Part shown: positions 20,195 through 28,965 of the stretch, one piece after another | Position numbering within the stretch: position 1 is the stretch's first letter | How the letters are laid out: every line of letters begins with the position of its first letter | NCBI GenBank assembly: GCA_965262715.1 | Contig: OZ253553.1 | Location: 1,408,001 to 1,472,000, forward strand | Origin: Bdellovibrionales bacterium | GTDB lineage: Bacteria > Bdellovibrionota > Bdellovibrionia > Bdellovibrionales > JAUICD01 | DNA length: 64,000 nucleotides | Reading direction: 5' to 3' | Notes under the pieces: generated by a model | Seen by the model: only the letters and a program-made list of their open reading frames with translations | Told to the model about the DNA's origin: nothing | The model's database searches: none | Position numbers and translations under genes: made by a program

Positions 20195-22285
20195 GTGAAA
20201 AATTTATTTTTATTTAATTTAACTATTACCTTGCTTTTTACAAGTAATAGCTTTGCCCAAAGTCAAAACCTTGAAGACGAGTTATTTAAGTTAAGAAATG
20301 AACCACTGACTCCCTCTGATTCACCTACTCAGATAATGAGAGACATAGAAGACCTAAATGATCAGTACATCAATTATCGTCAAGCAGCCCTTTCAAATTT
20401 AAGCAAACCAGAACATCTTGAGAGAGGAAGAGAAATTGCAGAAACTATTGGCTTAGAGGTTGTTAGAAGAAGAAATACTTTATTGCTTCATGCTCATGTT
20501 TTACGGCTAAGACAAAAAATCGAACAAATAGAAGATGCTTTACAAAGTGATAGTTACCCTCGTCTTTGGATGAGACAAGCTGACCAGTTGGTTCTTGATA
20601 GCAGCCGTGAAAGGCTTGCAACCATCGAACAAATATTAACTTCTACAGAGACTCCTAACAGTGGTATTTTAGACGCGGCTATTACTGATCTCTCTGCTTT
20701 TATTAGCGAACATCGTGCTGATATTTCTCATCAAGACAGAACACTTATACAAGCTTTTGATCAAGATAAACCTGAATCAAGACCTGATTCAAGGATAAGG
20801 ATGAAATTAAAAGGAGATTTCACTGCAAATGGGTCTACCAATACTAGTGTTAATGACATCTTCCATCAACTAAACCTCCTCTTTGATCGCATAAGACAAC
20901 ATCCTGAATCTAGAGCAAGGTGGACGAATTATTTACATGAAGAAATAGAAGAATTAAGACCTTCATCTTTAATAGAAGTAAGAGAAAAGGGTTTATCAAT
21001 TACAGATTTAGAAGATGCAGCAAAAAATGTTTCATCAAAAGCAAATGATTCCCTCAATTTAGAGAGAAATATGCAAACACTGCAAACACTTGAAGAAGAA
21101 GCACTTCTATTAAAAAGAGCACTCATGATGATGTATGCTGAAGTGTCTGTATCTCCTTATGAATTTGTTAGAGAAAATACACTCCTCTTGGCAAATTTAT
21201 TTGAACTTGATGGAAACTATTCCACTCTAACTACTCTCCAAAAGCTTATTGAATCTCCTGAAAATTTAGCTACCAAACAAAGAGTTGAGTCATTGCGTAC
21301 AGAACTAATAAAAGTAGTCTCTCTAATTCCTCATACACCAGAGAATACCACATCATTAGCATCTTCTTGCCTTAATACACCAGCACCTGCAAATACAAAG
21401 ATAAGCTCTCTCGATATGACATTTTTAGAAGCACTGAATATCTCTCCTACTTCTCCTAGAACAGCTTCTGCAAATGATCTATCTTTTATGTTTTTAAAAC
21501 CTACTCTACAAGGAAATTCATTATCTTGTGTTGCTCATTCTGTTGCTTCAGATATGGAATTTGAAATCAACAAGACAAACCATGGTCAAGTAGACATAGA
21601 CGAAGAATACACTTATCTGAAATTACAGCACCGTTTTTATAGCTGGCATCATCCTATATCTATTGAAGTAAAAGACACATTATCACAAGGCAATTGGAAT
21701 GACCAGGAAGATTATTCCGATAGAGGTGTTGTTTCTGATTTAAACTTGAATGTTCTTCGACCTCGCCAAACTTTTAGAAGTGATTCTCCTAGTCCCTATA
21801 CAGATACTAGTGGTGTCTTAGCAGAAATAGAACCAGGAGATCATCAAGGAGAAAGACAAAAAGTAATAGATAGACTTAGAAATAAACCTAGGTATGCCGT
21901 ACAAGCTTATATTCATTATATTGATCCATGGCAACATAGAAGAAGAAGAAGAAGAGTGGATTGTTCCTTCATCCGTTTATTGATAGACAACCAACAACCA
22001 CCAATAATTACACTTTCATCTAATGCTAGGAAGTTAAGTGGTGAAGGTTGGCTACATATACCTCCTATGAATACTGGTATACAGCACACAGCACTTATTG
22101 TAGGTTATGGTGAGGGAATAGACCCTCGAGATATGATAAAAAAACCTTATTTTATTTTACGTGATAGTTTTGTAGATGAGCCTATTCATTATAAGGTTGC
22201 TGCTGATGAACTGCTACCACAAATAAGAAATCTTCACAAAATAACTCAAGTCGTACACCTCAACCCTACACCCTCTGCTCTTTAG
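20195..22285 (+). CDS. Secreted protein: helical N-terminal region plus C-terminal papain-like (C1-type) cysteine peptidase domain
   Basis: Signal peptide ending SFA-Q; LQGNSLSCVAHS, QHTALIVGYG and YFILRDSF match the papain Gln/Cys, His and Asn-site motifs; aaggag RBS with GTG start. Confidence 0.72.
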   Translation: MKNLFLFNLTITLLFTSNSFAQSQNLEDELFKLRNEPLTPSDSPTQIMRDIEDLNDQYINYRQAALSNLSKPEHLERGREIAETIGLEVVRRRNTLLLHAHVLRLRQKIEQIEDALQSDSYPRLWMRQADQLVLDSSRERLATIEQILTSTETPNSGILDAAITDLSAFISEHRADISHQDRTLIQAFDQDKPESRPDSRIRMKLKGDFTANGSTNTSVNDIFHQLNLLFDRIRQHPESRARWTNYLHEEIEELRPSSLIEVREKGLSITDLEDAAKNVSSKANDSLNLERNMQTLQTLEEEALLLKRALMMMYAEVSVSPYEFVRENTLLLANLFELDGNYSTLTTLQKLIESPENLATKQRVESLRTELIKVVSLIPHTPENTTSLASSCLNTPAPANTKISSLDMTFLEALNISPTSPRTASANDLSFMFLKPTLQGNSLSCVAHSVASDMEFEINKTNHGQVDIDEEYTYLKLQHRFYSWHHPISIEVKDTLSQGNWNDQEDYSDRGVVSDLNLNVLRPRQTFRSDSPSPYTDTSGVLAEIEPGDHQGERQKVIDRLRNKPRYAVQAYIHYIDPWQHRRRRRRVDCSFIRLLIDNQQPPIITLSSNARKLSGEGWLHIPPMNTGIQHTALIVGYGEGIDPRDMIKKPYFILRDSFVDEPIHYKVAADELLPQIRNLHKITQVVHLNPTPSAL

Positions 22286-22427
22286 GAAAAAATAAACTTT
22301 TACTCTTACTAACCACTAGAGACTGTTTACCTTTTACGCTAAGCTCTTGAAGTTGGAAGTGTCCAGCACGCTTCTTCACTAGCAAACAGGTAACCTCTGT
22401 GCCTTGCAGTGCTGTCATGAACCTATT

Positions 22428-22535
22428 TTTATTATAATCTCTCACATTTACTTTTTGTCACATGAGAAGGTTTCTATTTTAGAAGCAATTTTCTTGTAAA
22501 AGATACAGGGCTATGGTGTAAAAAATATAAGGTTT
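22428..22535 (-). repeat. Right arm of the ~108-bp inverted repeat
   Basis: tttattataatctctcacatttactttttgtcacatgagaagg...gggctatggtgtaaaaaata is the reverse complement of 19908-20016. Confidence 0.9.
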
Positions 22536-22745
22536 GTAAAAAGTCATATTTTAAATAAAATAAAGGTTCATGCATGACACTACTCTAGTTGACTTTATTG
22601 TGTCTTTTTCATTTTCTTAATTTGTATAAGTATAAATCGGTGATTATTATACACCTTGCGCCTCTTGAAGAGCTTATAACATGATCTGTTCATTTATCAT
22701 ACTGCAGTCATTCTTCAATTGAGGAATAGAAAAAATATAAGATCT

Positions 22746-23540
22746 TTATGAAAAGTCTATACATTCTCCATCATTAGGGATAAAGCATTTAGGGAAGACC
22801 CCTTCATTTGTGAGATGGTTTTTTAAATCTTTTCTTGATGTGGGGCACATATTCAACGCCTCAAGGTGATTGTAGATGACTTTTCCTGGGGTGAGCCTAG
22901 CAAATGTGACCAAATCATTTATTTTCATTAATATAGGTTGTCCAATATCCATTTGAGCTGTACCTGCTGGCACTATAGATATATCTGGCTTAAAATCTGT
23001 CAATACTTTTTTCACATCATTAGTTAAAATAGTATTTCCTGAGATATAGAGTGAAGGTTCATTAGGTAGCTCTAGATAAAACCCAGAAGGGTTTCCCATA
23101 AACTTATGAATCCAGCCATAACCATGTTGAGCAGGAACTCTGCAAATCTTACCTCCAAAGACTTTTTCAAATCTCCAGTCATCTAAAACCTTGTTAACAG
23201 GAAGACCTAATTTTTTAAGATATTTCTCATCATATTTGCCGCAGATAATAGGAATGTTTTTGTTTTTGAGGAAATTTTCTCCGGGTATATCTAAATGATC
23301 AGTATGTTGAAATAGCTTGAAGCCAAATGAGTGGCTATGAGTTATTAAACAGTCTGTGACTTTATTGAGGGTATTGGAGCTATTTGATGGAAGCTCAACA
23401 GTTGGGTTGCTTTGTTTTTTAAAACGAAAGTAGGAAAAGGCTGGTAAAGATCCTTTTGCTCCTAACATTGGATCAGCTAAGATAAACCTATCGTTAGATT
23501 CAATAATAAATGTAGCATTTCTTAAGTGATGAATTTTCAT
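22746..23540 (-). CDS. MBL-fold metallo-hydrolase
   Basis: MKIHHLRNATF...DPML, ITHSH...HTDHLD, PAQHG and NHLEALN motifs. Start re-called to ATG at 23540. Confidence 0.88.
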   Translation of the reverse strand: MKIHHLRNATFIIESNDRFILADPMLGAKGSLPAFSYFRFKKQSNPTVELPSNSSNTLNKVTDCLITHSHSFGFKLFQHTDHLDIPGENFLKNKNIPIICGKYDEKYLKKLGLPVNKVLDDWRFEKVFGGKICRVPAQHGYGWIHKFMGNPSGFYLELPNEPSLYISGNTILTNDVKKVLTDFKPDISIVPAGTAQMDIGQPILMKINDLVTFARLTPGKVIYNHLEALNMCPTSRKDLKNHLTNEGVFPKCFIPNDGECIDFS

Positions 23541-23578
23541 AATTATAAATATTTTGTTATATTTTTCTTTAAATACCT

Positions 23579-23992
23579 CTATACACAAATATCTGAGGTG
23601 AGTAAATGTTGATGGTTTTTATTTTGATAAATCCTACCTTTGATAATTTCCTTAAAGTCTTTATGTAAATCTTTATCTTTTGTACATAAAACCTTTGCAT
23701 TAGAAGCTTTTGCTAAACCTAGTATATGAATGTCATTTGATTTTAATGGATATTTTTCAATATCTTTTACTTTTTTTTCCACTTCTTCACTAGGAATGAA
23801 CAGTGCCTGACCAGCACTGTAGTACACCTTTAAGTTATTGTTTGTTAGTCGATTTAATTCTCTTTGAATAGGTTCATAATTTGAATAAACTAATTTCCCA
23901 TTTTGTTTTTCCAACCATTTGTGAATAGGTTTCATATCTTCTTTTTGATTTAAAAAGTCTACCCATCTATTAGAGTCTAAAATTATACACAT
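23579..23992 (-). CDS. PIN-domain protein (putative ribonuclease toxin/effector)
   Basis: IILDSN at the N-terminus, SNDIHILGLA and LCTKDKDLHKDF: PIN acidic-residue pattern. Confidence 0.8.
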   Translation of the reverse strand: MCIILDSNRWVDFLNQKEDMKPIHKWLEKQNGKLVYSNYEPIQRELNRLTNNNLKVYYSAGQALFIPSEEVEKKVKDIEKYPLKSNDIHILGLAKASNAKVLCTKDKDLHKDFKEIIKGRIYQNKNHQHLLTSDICV

Positions 23993-24003
23993 AGCTTGGT
24001 TCT

Positions 24004-25461
24004 CTAGTTTTCAAATCCCAACAAACGATTAGATTCTTTTATAAAAAAGTTTCTGTATCCTGTTGGTACTTTTATTAAATTACCTTGTTTATCAAAAAGT
24101 ATATTATGTGCTTGTACTCCATTCTTTACAGGTTCTAAATATATTAAAGATACGTGATTATGAGAAATGTTTCCTTTACGAATTTCAATTCTAATTCTAT
24201 CAAGAATGTAATCACTATGAGTTTCAATTAAAAAAGAATTATTCATTTTTGCACTTTGGACTAACAAAGACGCAAGTTCTGCTTGAGCTTTTGGATGCAG
24301 ATGTACCTCAGGCTGTTGCAATAAAAACCGTGTGCCTTGTTTTCGTATGGGATATTTTTCCTTTTGAATGTCAGAGGTAAAAAGACGCACGAGAAGAGGT
24401 AAAATCTGACTTATACCATAACCAGTATCTATAATGTTAGATTGAATTCCTCTTACTTGAAATTGCAATTGAAAAGGTTCACCTGTAGATCCATATTTTT
24501 TAACTTCAACGTCAGAAAATAATCCAGAAGATTTTCCGAAATTAACTAACCTCTTGTGAATTTTTTTCCAAATATCATCTTGATGACTTAAACGCAAAAG
24601 GGTTACAGGTATCTCACTTCCTTCTGAACTAAGAGATTCCTTAATAGGGTTATATGTTCTTTGTGGCTTTGAACGAATGGGAGCTAAATTAAATATTTCT
24701 TCTGAAAAATACTGCTTTCTATGAGATCGTAGTTCTTTCCATGCTTCAAAGGCTTTTTTTTCCTTTTGATCAATAGAAGCCTCTTCTAAAAAACGCGGTA
24801 TGTATGGATCTATTATATAGGTCGATAGTGAAATATCATTAGAAATAGGTCTATCTCTTTGAAATAATATCTCTTTATTTTTATTTCTAACTGTATTAAT
24901 AGCTTTTTGATTTCTTTCTTCACTAAGAAAAGTCATGTCTTTAAAATTAATACCAACTTGACTCAAAATAGGTTCTGCAACTTTATCTTGCTTCTTAAAA
25001 TGAAGATTATATTTAATATCTGATGCATCATGAACTATTCCAAGTTCAAAGCTCGTTTTTTGCTGGCTATTTTTTCCATTAGATTTTCTAGCAATATCTA
25101 CAAAAGAACCCATAGAATATGGGTCTTTATTAAAATCTGGATTATACCAACCACCTTCTGAAATACAATCATATATAGTAGAAAAGCAACTCATAACAGT
25201 CGTTTTACCCGTGCTATTTTCTCCTACTAAGAAGGTTAAAGGACGAATATCAAAATGCTGCTCATCAGCAAAACACCTTACATTTTTTATTGTCAACTTA
25301 AGGTTTCTTTGATTGCTTTCTTTAGTTTCCTTTTGACTTGATATAGATTGTGATAAAGCTAAATTGGTAGCAGCTTTAGCAAATATACTTGACTTCTTAC
25401 CTTTCAATACTTTAGAGGTTGCTTTTCTTATTTTTGACGATGTCTTTTTTTGTTTTGACAT
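24004..25461 (-). CDS. ABC/AAA-family ATPase (DUF3696-like C-terminus) with basic N-terminal extension
   Basis: GENSTGKT, GYGISQILP, LQQPEVHLHPKAQ, IETHSD and C-terminal FDKQG...P..Y..FF. Confidence 0.88.
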   Translation of the reverse strand: MSKQKKTSSKIRKATSKVLKGKKSSIFAKAATNLALSQSISSQKETKESNQRNLKLTIKNVRCFADEQHFDIRPLTFLVGENSTGKTTVMSCFSTIYDCISEGGWYNPDFNKDPYSMGSFVDIARKSNGKNSQQKTSFELGIVHDASDIKYNLHFKKQDKVAEPILSQVGINFKDMTFLSEERNQKAINTVRNKNKEILFQRDRPISNDISLSTYIIDPYIPRFLEEASIDQKEKKAFEAWKELRSHRKQYFSEEIFNLAPIRSKPQRTYNPIKESLSSEGSEIPVTLLRLSHQDDIWKKIHKRLVNFGKSSGLFSDVEVKKYGSTGEPFQLQFQVRGIQSNIIDTGYGISQILPLLVRLFTSDIQKEKYPIRKQGTRFLLQQPEVHLHPKAQAELASLLVQSAKMNNSFLIETHSDYILDRIRIEIRKGNISHNHVSLIYLEPVKNGVQAHNILFDKQGNLIKVPTGYRNFFIKESNRLLGFEN

Positions 25462-25841
25462 ACTTTATCCTTTCTATATTGAATCAATTTCTATAGATTT
25501 TTTAAGTTTGATTTGTACTGTAATAAAATTACTATAAAACCACCTGTAATTTATCTTAAACATAGCTCACAGTCACTATTTTTGTTGTGTCATTTATTTT
25601 TTACTTAAGAAATTCATACTTTTTAAATATCTACAGGCTTCCCAATTACTTGTAGGTTTGTTGTACAAACATAAACTTCGATGGTTTATATGCAAGATAT
25701 CCAATACCAGAGCTAACCTTCTGTCACAATTGTTTTTTTAAATTCTTTTTCTTTACCATTTTTTTTCTCCTCACTGTTACTTTCTTTACATTCTAGGAGC
25801 GATCTGACAAAACAAGTTTTATATTTTGCAATATTGAGAAA

Positions 25842-25977
25842 GAGTTATGGCAGGCTTGAAATAAGTGTAAGGCCAGTGCCTCAGAAAATAAAATTTTCAT
25901 TAAAATACTTTATTCTATAATAAAATTATAAAATGACAGCAACACAAGGCACGAGGGTTGCCTGTTTGCTTATGGAA
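25842..25977 (+). repeat. Family B structured element, truncated at the group II intron 3' end
   Basis: gcttgaaataagtgtaaggccagtgcct...caaggcacgagggttgcctg...cttatggaa is shared with the 51397 and 62371 copies. Confidence 0.8.
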
Positions 25978-26236
25978 GTCGAGTAGAATAGAGGAATTTC
26001 ACCCCTAAGCTCTCACAGAACCGTGCGTGACAGTCTCCTGTCACACGGCTCTTATCATTCCAAACCTTGTTATGGCAGTACCAGCTTCCAGTGTGCAAAT
26101 AAGTCTTGGTTTGCTCTCGCAAATCCTTTCAACCATCTGTGGGACCTTCTAAAACTTCTTCTCATACTCTTTAAGGTCCTTCTTACCCACTTTACCAGTA
26201 CCCTGTTTATCCTTCGCAAAATTATTGAAAACGCTG
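25978..26236 (-). mobile_element. Group II intron 3' fragment: end of RT/maturase ORF, domain V and domain VI
   Basis: Minus strand: ...KWVRR...LFAHWKLVLP*, then DV GAGCCGTGTGACAGGAGACTGTCACGCACGGTTC (26018-26051, AGC triad) and DVI ending CTACTCGAC. Confidence 0.93.
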
Positions 26237-26677
26237 ATATGCTGATAAATACTCTCATGACTTATAGACAAACCTTTTAGTTTAAGAAAACCGGATATTT
26301 GTTCCGGACTCAAACGTTCACGAAGAAACCTCTCAAGCTTATTAATAACTTTTTGTGTTATTTTTATATGTCTATGAGAGTTTTGAAGACGATGGACTGC
26401 TCTTTCATGGGCTTGTTGAGGAGGATAACCTGCAAGCCTTTGTACGATTCAATTCCCTATATAAGGTGCTTTTATCTCGATCTAGCTGCGTAGCAATTGA
26501 ACTTATTGATTTTCCACTTTTCAAAAGAGCTAAAGTCTGGTATCTCTCACATTGGGTTAGATGAGTGTACTTACTCATGGAATACTCCTTTCGTTATGTA
26601 AAGCTATTGATTAGAGTATTCCTCTAACCTGCTTTAAAAAACTATGCAAGGAGTTGCACTTACGACTTGAATCCACC
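26237..26677 (-). pseudogene. Degraded 5' half of an IS30-family element
   Basis: Closely matches about 55931-56375 including the left IR ggtggattcaagtcgtaagtgcaac; the reading frame is broken. Confidence 0.92.
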
Positions 26678-26792
26678 TTAGGTTAAGAACTTAATATTTT
26701 TATTTTAGTTTTGAAATGATACACCGATGAAAACTTTATATGAATGAATAGCCGATTAATGATTAAAAGTCAGAGAGGTAAAAGATAAAGAT

Positions 26793-27659
26793 ATGGTCAA
26801 ATGCATAAAGATTAAAAAAAAGCTATTTTTTGTATTTACTATTCCTTTGAGTTTAACTCTTTTTATTTTTATGATTATAGCATTTCAAAACTTTGGATAT
26901 AAAGAAATTCAACATCCTGATTTATTAGAGATAACTGCTACTATGAATGGTGAATTTGTGGATTTCACATTATCGCCTCCTGAGCATAAGAATCTTCAAA
27001 GTGCTACCTCCTTTAATTACACAATAACTAATGAGAATTGGTATGCTTGCTCTGCCCCTAATGTCCATTATCCATGTATGGGCAATAGTCATGAAGTTTT
27101 TAATTTCCCAAATATACAACTTGAGCTTCCAAGGGATACGCATATAGGCGTCTATGATGTTTATGTCAGACTTCAAACATCTGAAAAAGCACAAACTTTT
27201 GGTCAAGAAATTAGTTATGGGCCTGCTTATGAAAAGTCATTAGTCATTGGAAAGTGTGATCAGGATAATTTTCGAATTGTTTCCAAATATATGACTAGTA
27301 ATAACCATTATACATCTTTTTTTAAATTAGAGCTTAATGGGGAAATTTTAGAATCTTTTTATGGAAGGACTTTGTGGAAACTAATGGCAGAAGTGATAGA
27401 CCCAGTTTATGGGAGATGGTATTACAAATTTGATCAAGAAAAAAAGTTTGGCACATGGCGTATTTTATGGCAAGAAGATGATGTACGTTCTCTTTATGGC
27501 AGTGATGTAACATCAGGTGCTACATTTTCAGGAAAATTTAAAATAGAGGTCTTTATTCAACCCTCAGATGAAGAATGTATATATTCAGCAAAAAGCACAT
27601 TCCAGCTTCCAGATTTTGTAATTCCTTCAATTGACCCATCTCATGCTAAGGTAAAATAA
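26793..27659 (+). CDS. Hypothetical membrane-anchored/secreted protein
   Basis: 288-aa ORF; basic N-terminus, TM segment and AFQN motif. Confidence 0.75.
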   Translation: MVKCIKIKKKLFFVFTIPLSLTLFIFMIIAFQNFGYKEIQHPDLLEITATMNGEFVDFTLSPPEHKNLQSATSFNYTITNENWYACSAPNVHYPCMGNSHEVFNFPNIQLELPRDTHIGVYDVYVRLQTSEKAQTFGQEISYGPAYEKSLVIGKCDQDNFRIVSKYMTSNNHYTSFFKLELNGEILESFYGRTLWKLMAEVIDPVYGRWYYKFDQEKKFGTWRILWQEDDVRSLYGSDVTSGATFSGKFKIEVFIQPSDEECIYSAKSTFQLPDFVIPSIDPSHAKVK

Positions 27660-27662
27660 ATT

Positions 27663-27704
27663 ATGATATTACCTGTAATCGCGTTACCTTACAGGTAATA
27701 TCAT
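27663..27704. terminator. Perfect 16-bp inverted repeat between convergent genes (likely bidirectional terminator)
   Basis: atgatattacctgtaa-N10-ttacaggtaatatcat. Confidence 0.65.
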
Positions 27705-27720
27705 TCTTGAGGTTTAAGAA

Positions 27721-28116
27721 TTAGATCTTTTTAATATTACTTCTGATTATATCTAGGTATTCTTGACCTACATCTTCTGATTTTAAAATACATTCAAGCA
27801 TATCTCTTTTTGTAGAGGGTTTTAAATCTCCTTTACTGGTTATATCCTTTGATATTTCTGTGATTTTAAATTGATAGATTATATCAAATTGAATCCATGT
27901 ATCTTTGGTAAACCAATCATTATTTGCAAAAATCATATAATAACCCTTGCTGTCAAAACACCCTTCATCTCTTTGTCTATAAGTGCTTTCCTGTGATGTT
28001 GTTTTACACATAAGATGGGTATCATTCTTTTGACCTACTATAACAATAAGCTTTTTCCCTTTACTGCTATCTTCAAATGGAAAATTTTTGTGAAACCAAA
28101 TAGAACCTATTTTCAT
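27721..28116 (-). CDS. Putative PemK/MazF-like toxin
   Basis: G-S-I...FPFED...K.K.IVIV...TTSQ pattern; immediately downstream of a Panacea-domain gene. Confidence 0.55.
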   Translation of the reverse strand: MKIGSIWFHKNFPFEDSSKGKKLIVIVGQKNDTHLMCKTTSQESTYRQRDEGCFDSKGYYMIFANNDWFTKDTWIQFDIIYQFKITEISKDITSKGDLKPSTKRDMLECILKSEDVGQEYLDIIRSNIKKI

Positions 28117-28124
28117 TATATATT

Positions 28125-28742
28125 TTATCCGAACATTTTTTTTATTTGAGCGTCATCGTTTTGTCGTTCTTGAGCCTCTTCTATTGAAATGGTATCAGGT
28201 TCGTGTTTTTTGATGTTCAATATGGTAAGATAGTCTATACTGTCATATTTTTTTCTACAATAAGTTTTATACCATAAACCTTGTTTATTATGTGTTATTT
28301 CTGTCATATCTTTTGATTTTTTTTCTTTGTAGCTATTAGCAATCTCTTTAATAATTCTCACCTCTCTAATTGAAAAAAGTTTCTCGTTAAAGCTAACTCT
28401 TGGTTTAAATTCAGTACGGATCATATCTTTGTTTATTTTAACAGTATCAATAGAAAATACTTTGGATAAATCTAGATTGTTGTTTTCTGTCATTTCAATT
28501 TGCTCTCTCATTTGATGTGTATCTATCATTTCATATAAATATTTAGGCACAGGCCCCATATCCCATGCTTCATAATTTAAGCCAGTTACAGATCTCCCTG
28601 TTTGCCTAAAATGTTCAAAATCAAGAAGATATAAAAGCTTAAATAGTTTAACCTTATAACAATGCTTTGTATTTTTAACAAAATAGATCATAGCATGGAT
28701 CATCTTGTCTTTAGTATTATCTATTAAGATCATAGGGTACAC
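28125..28742 (-). CDS. Panacea (DUF4065/SocA-like) domain antitoxin
   Basis: KLFKLLYLLDFEH...Y.AWDMGPVP...ITH....W signature. Confidence 0.88.
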   Translation of the reverse strand: MYPMILIDNTKDKMIHAMIYFVKNTKHCYKVKLFKLLYLLDFEHFRQTGRSVTGLNYEAWDMGPVPKYLYEMIDTHQMREQIEMTENNNLDLSKVFSIDTVKINKDMIRTEFKPRVSFNEKLFSIREVRIIKEIANSYKEKKSKDMTEITHNKQGLWYKTYCRKKYDSIDYLTILNIKKHEPDTISIEEAQERQNDDAQIKKMFG

Positions 28743-28779
28743 CTGTTAATAACAAACAAAAAATATTTATTTTATTTTT

Positions 28780-28816
28780 TTAATATGATATTATCTTTAA
28801 AAGAATATCATATTAA
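28780..28816. promoter_or_regulatory. Inverted repeat upstream of the TA operon (candidate operator)
   Basis: ttaatatgatatt-N11-aatatcatattaa about 40 bp upstream of the antitoxin start. Confidence 0.45.
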
Positions 28817-28965
28817 TATTATTTTTGCAAATGATAATACAAATCAAATAATAGTTTTTCTTATCACTGATAATGGCTTATTATCTTTTCACTTTTACAT
28901 AGGATTAAGATAGAGATTGTTGATACTTGTGCAACAAAATCCATTCTCAATTAAACATATATTTA

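Noticed and set aside
26023..26564. Three short plus-strand ORFs
   Set aside because: Antisense to the intron and IS30 remnants.
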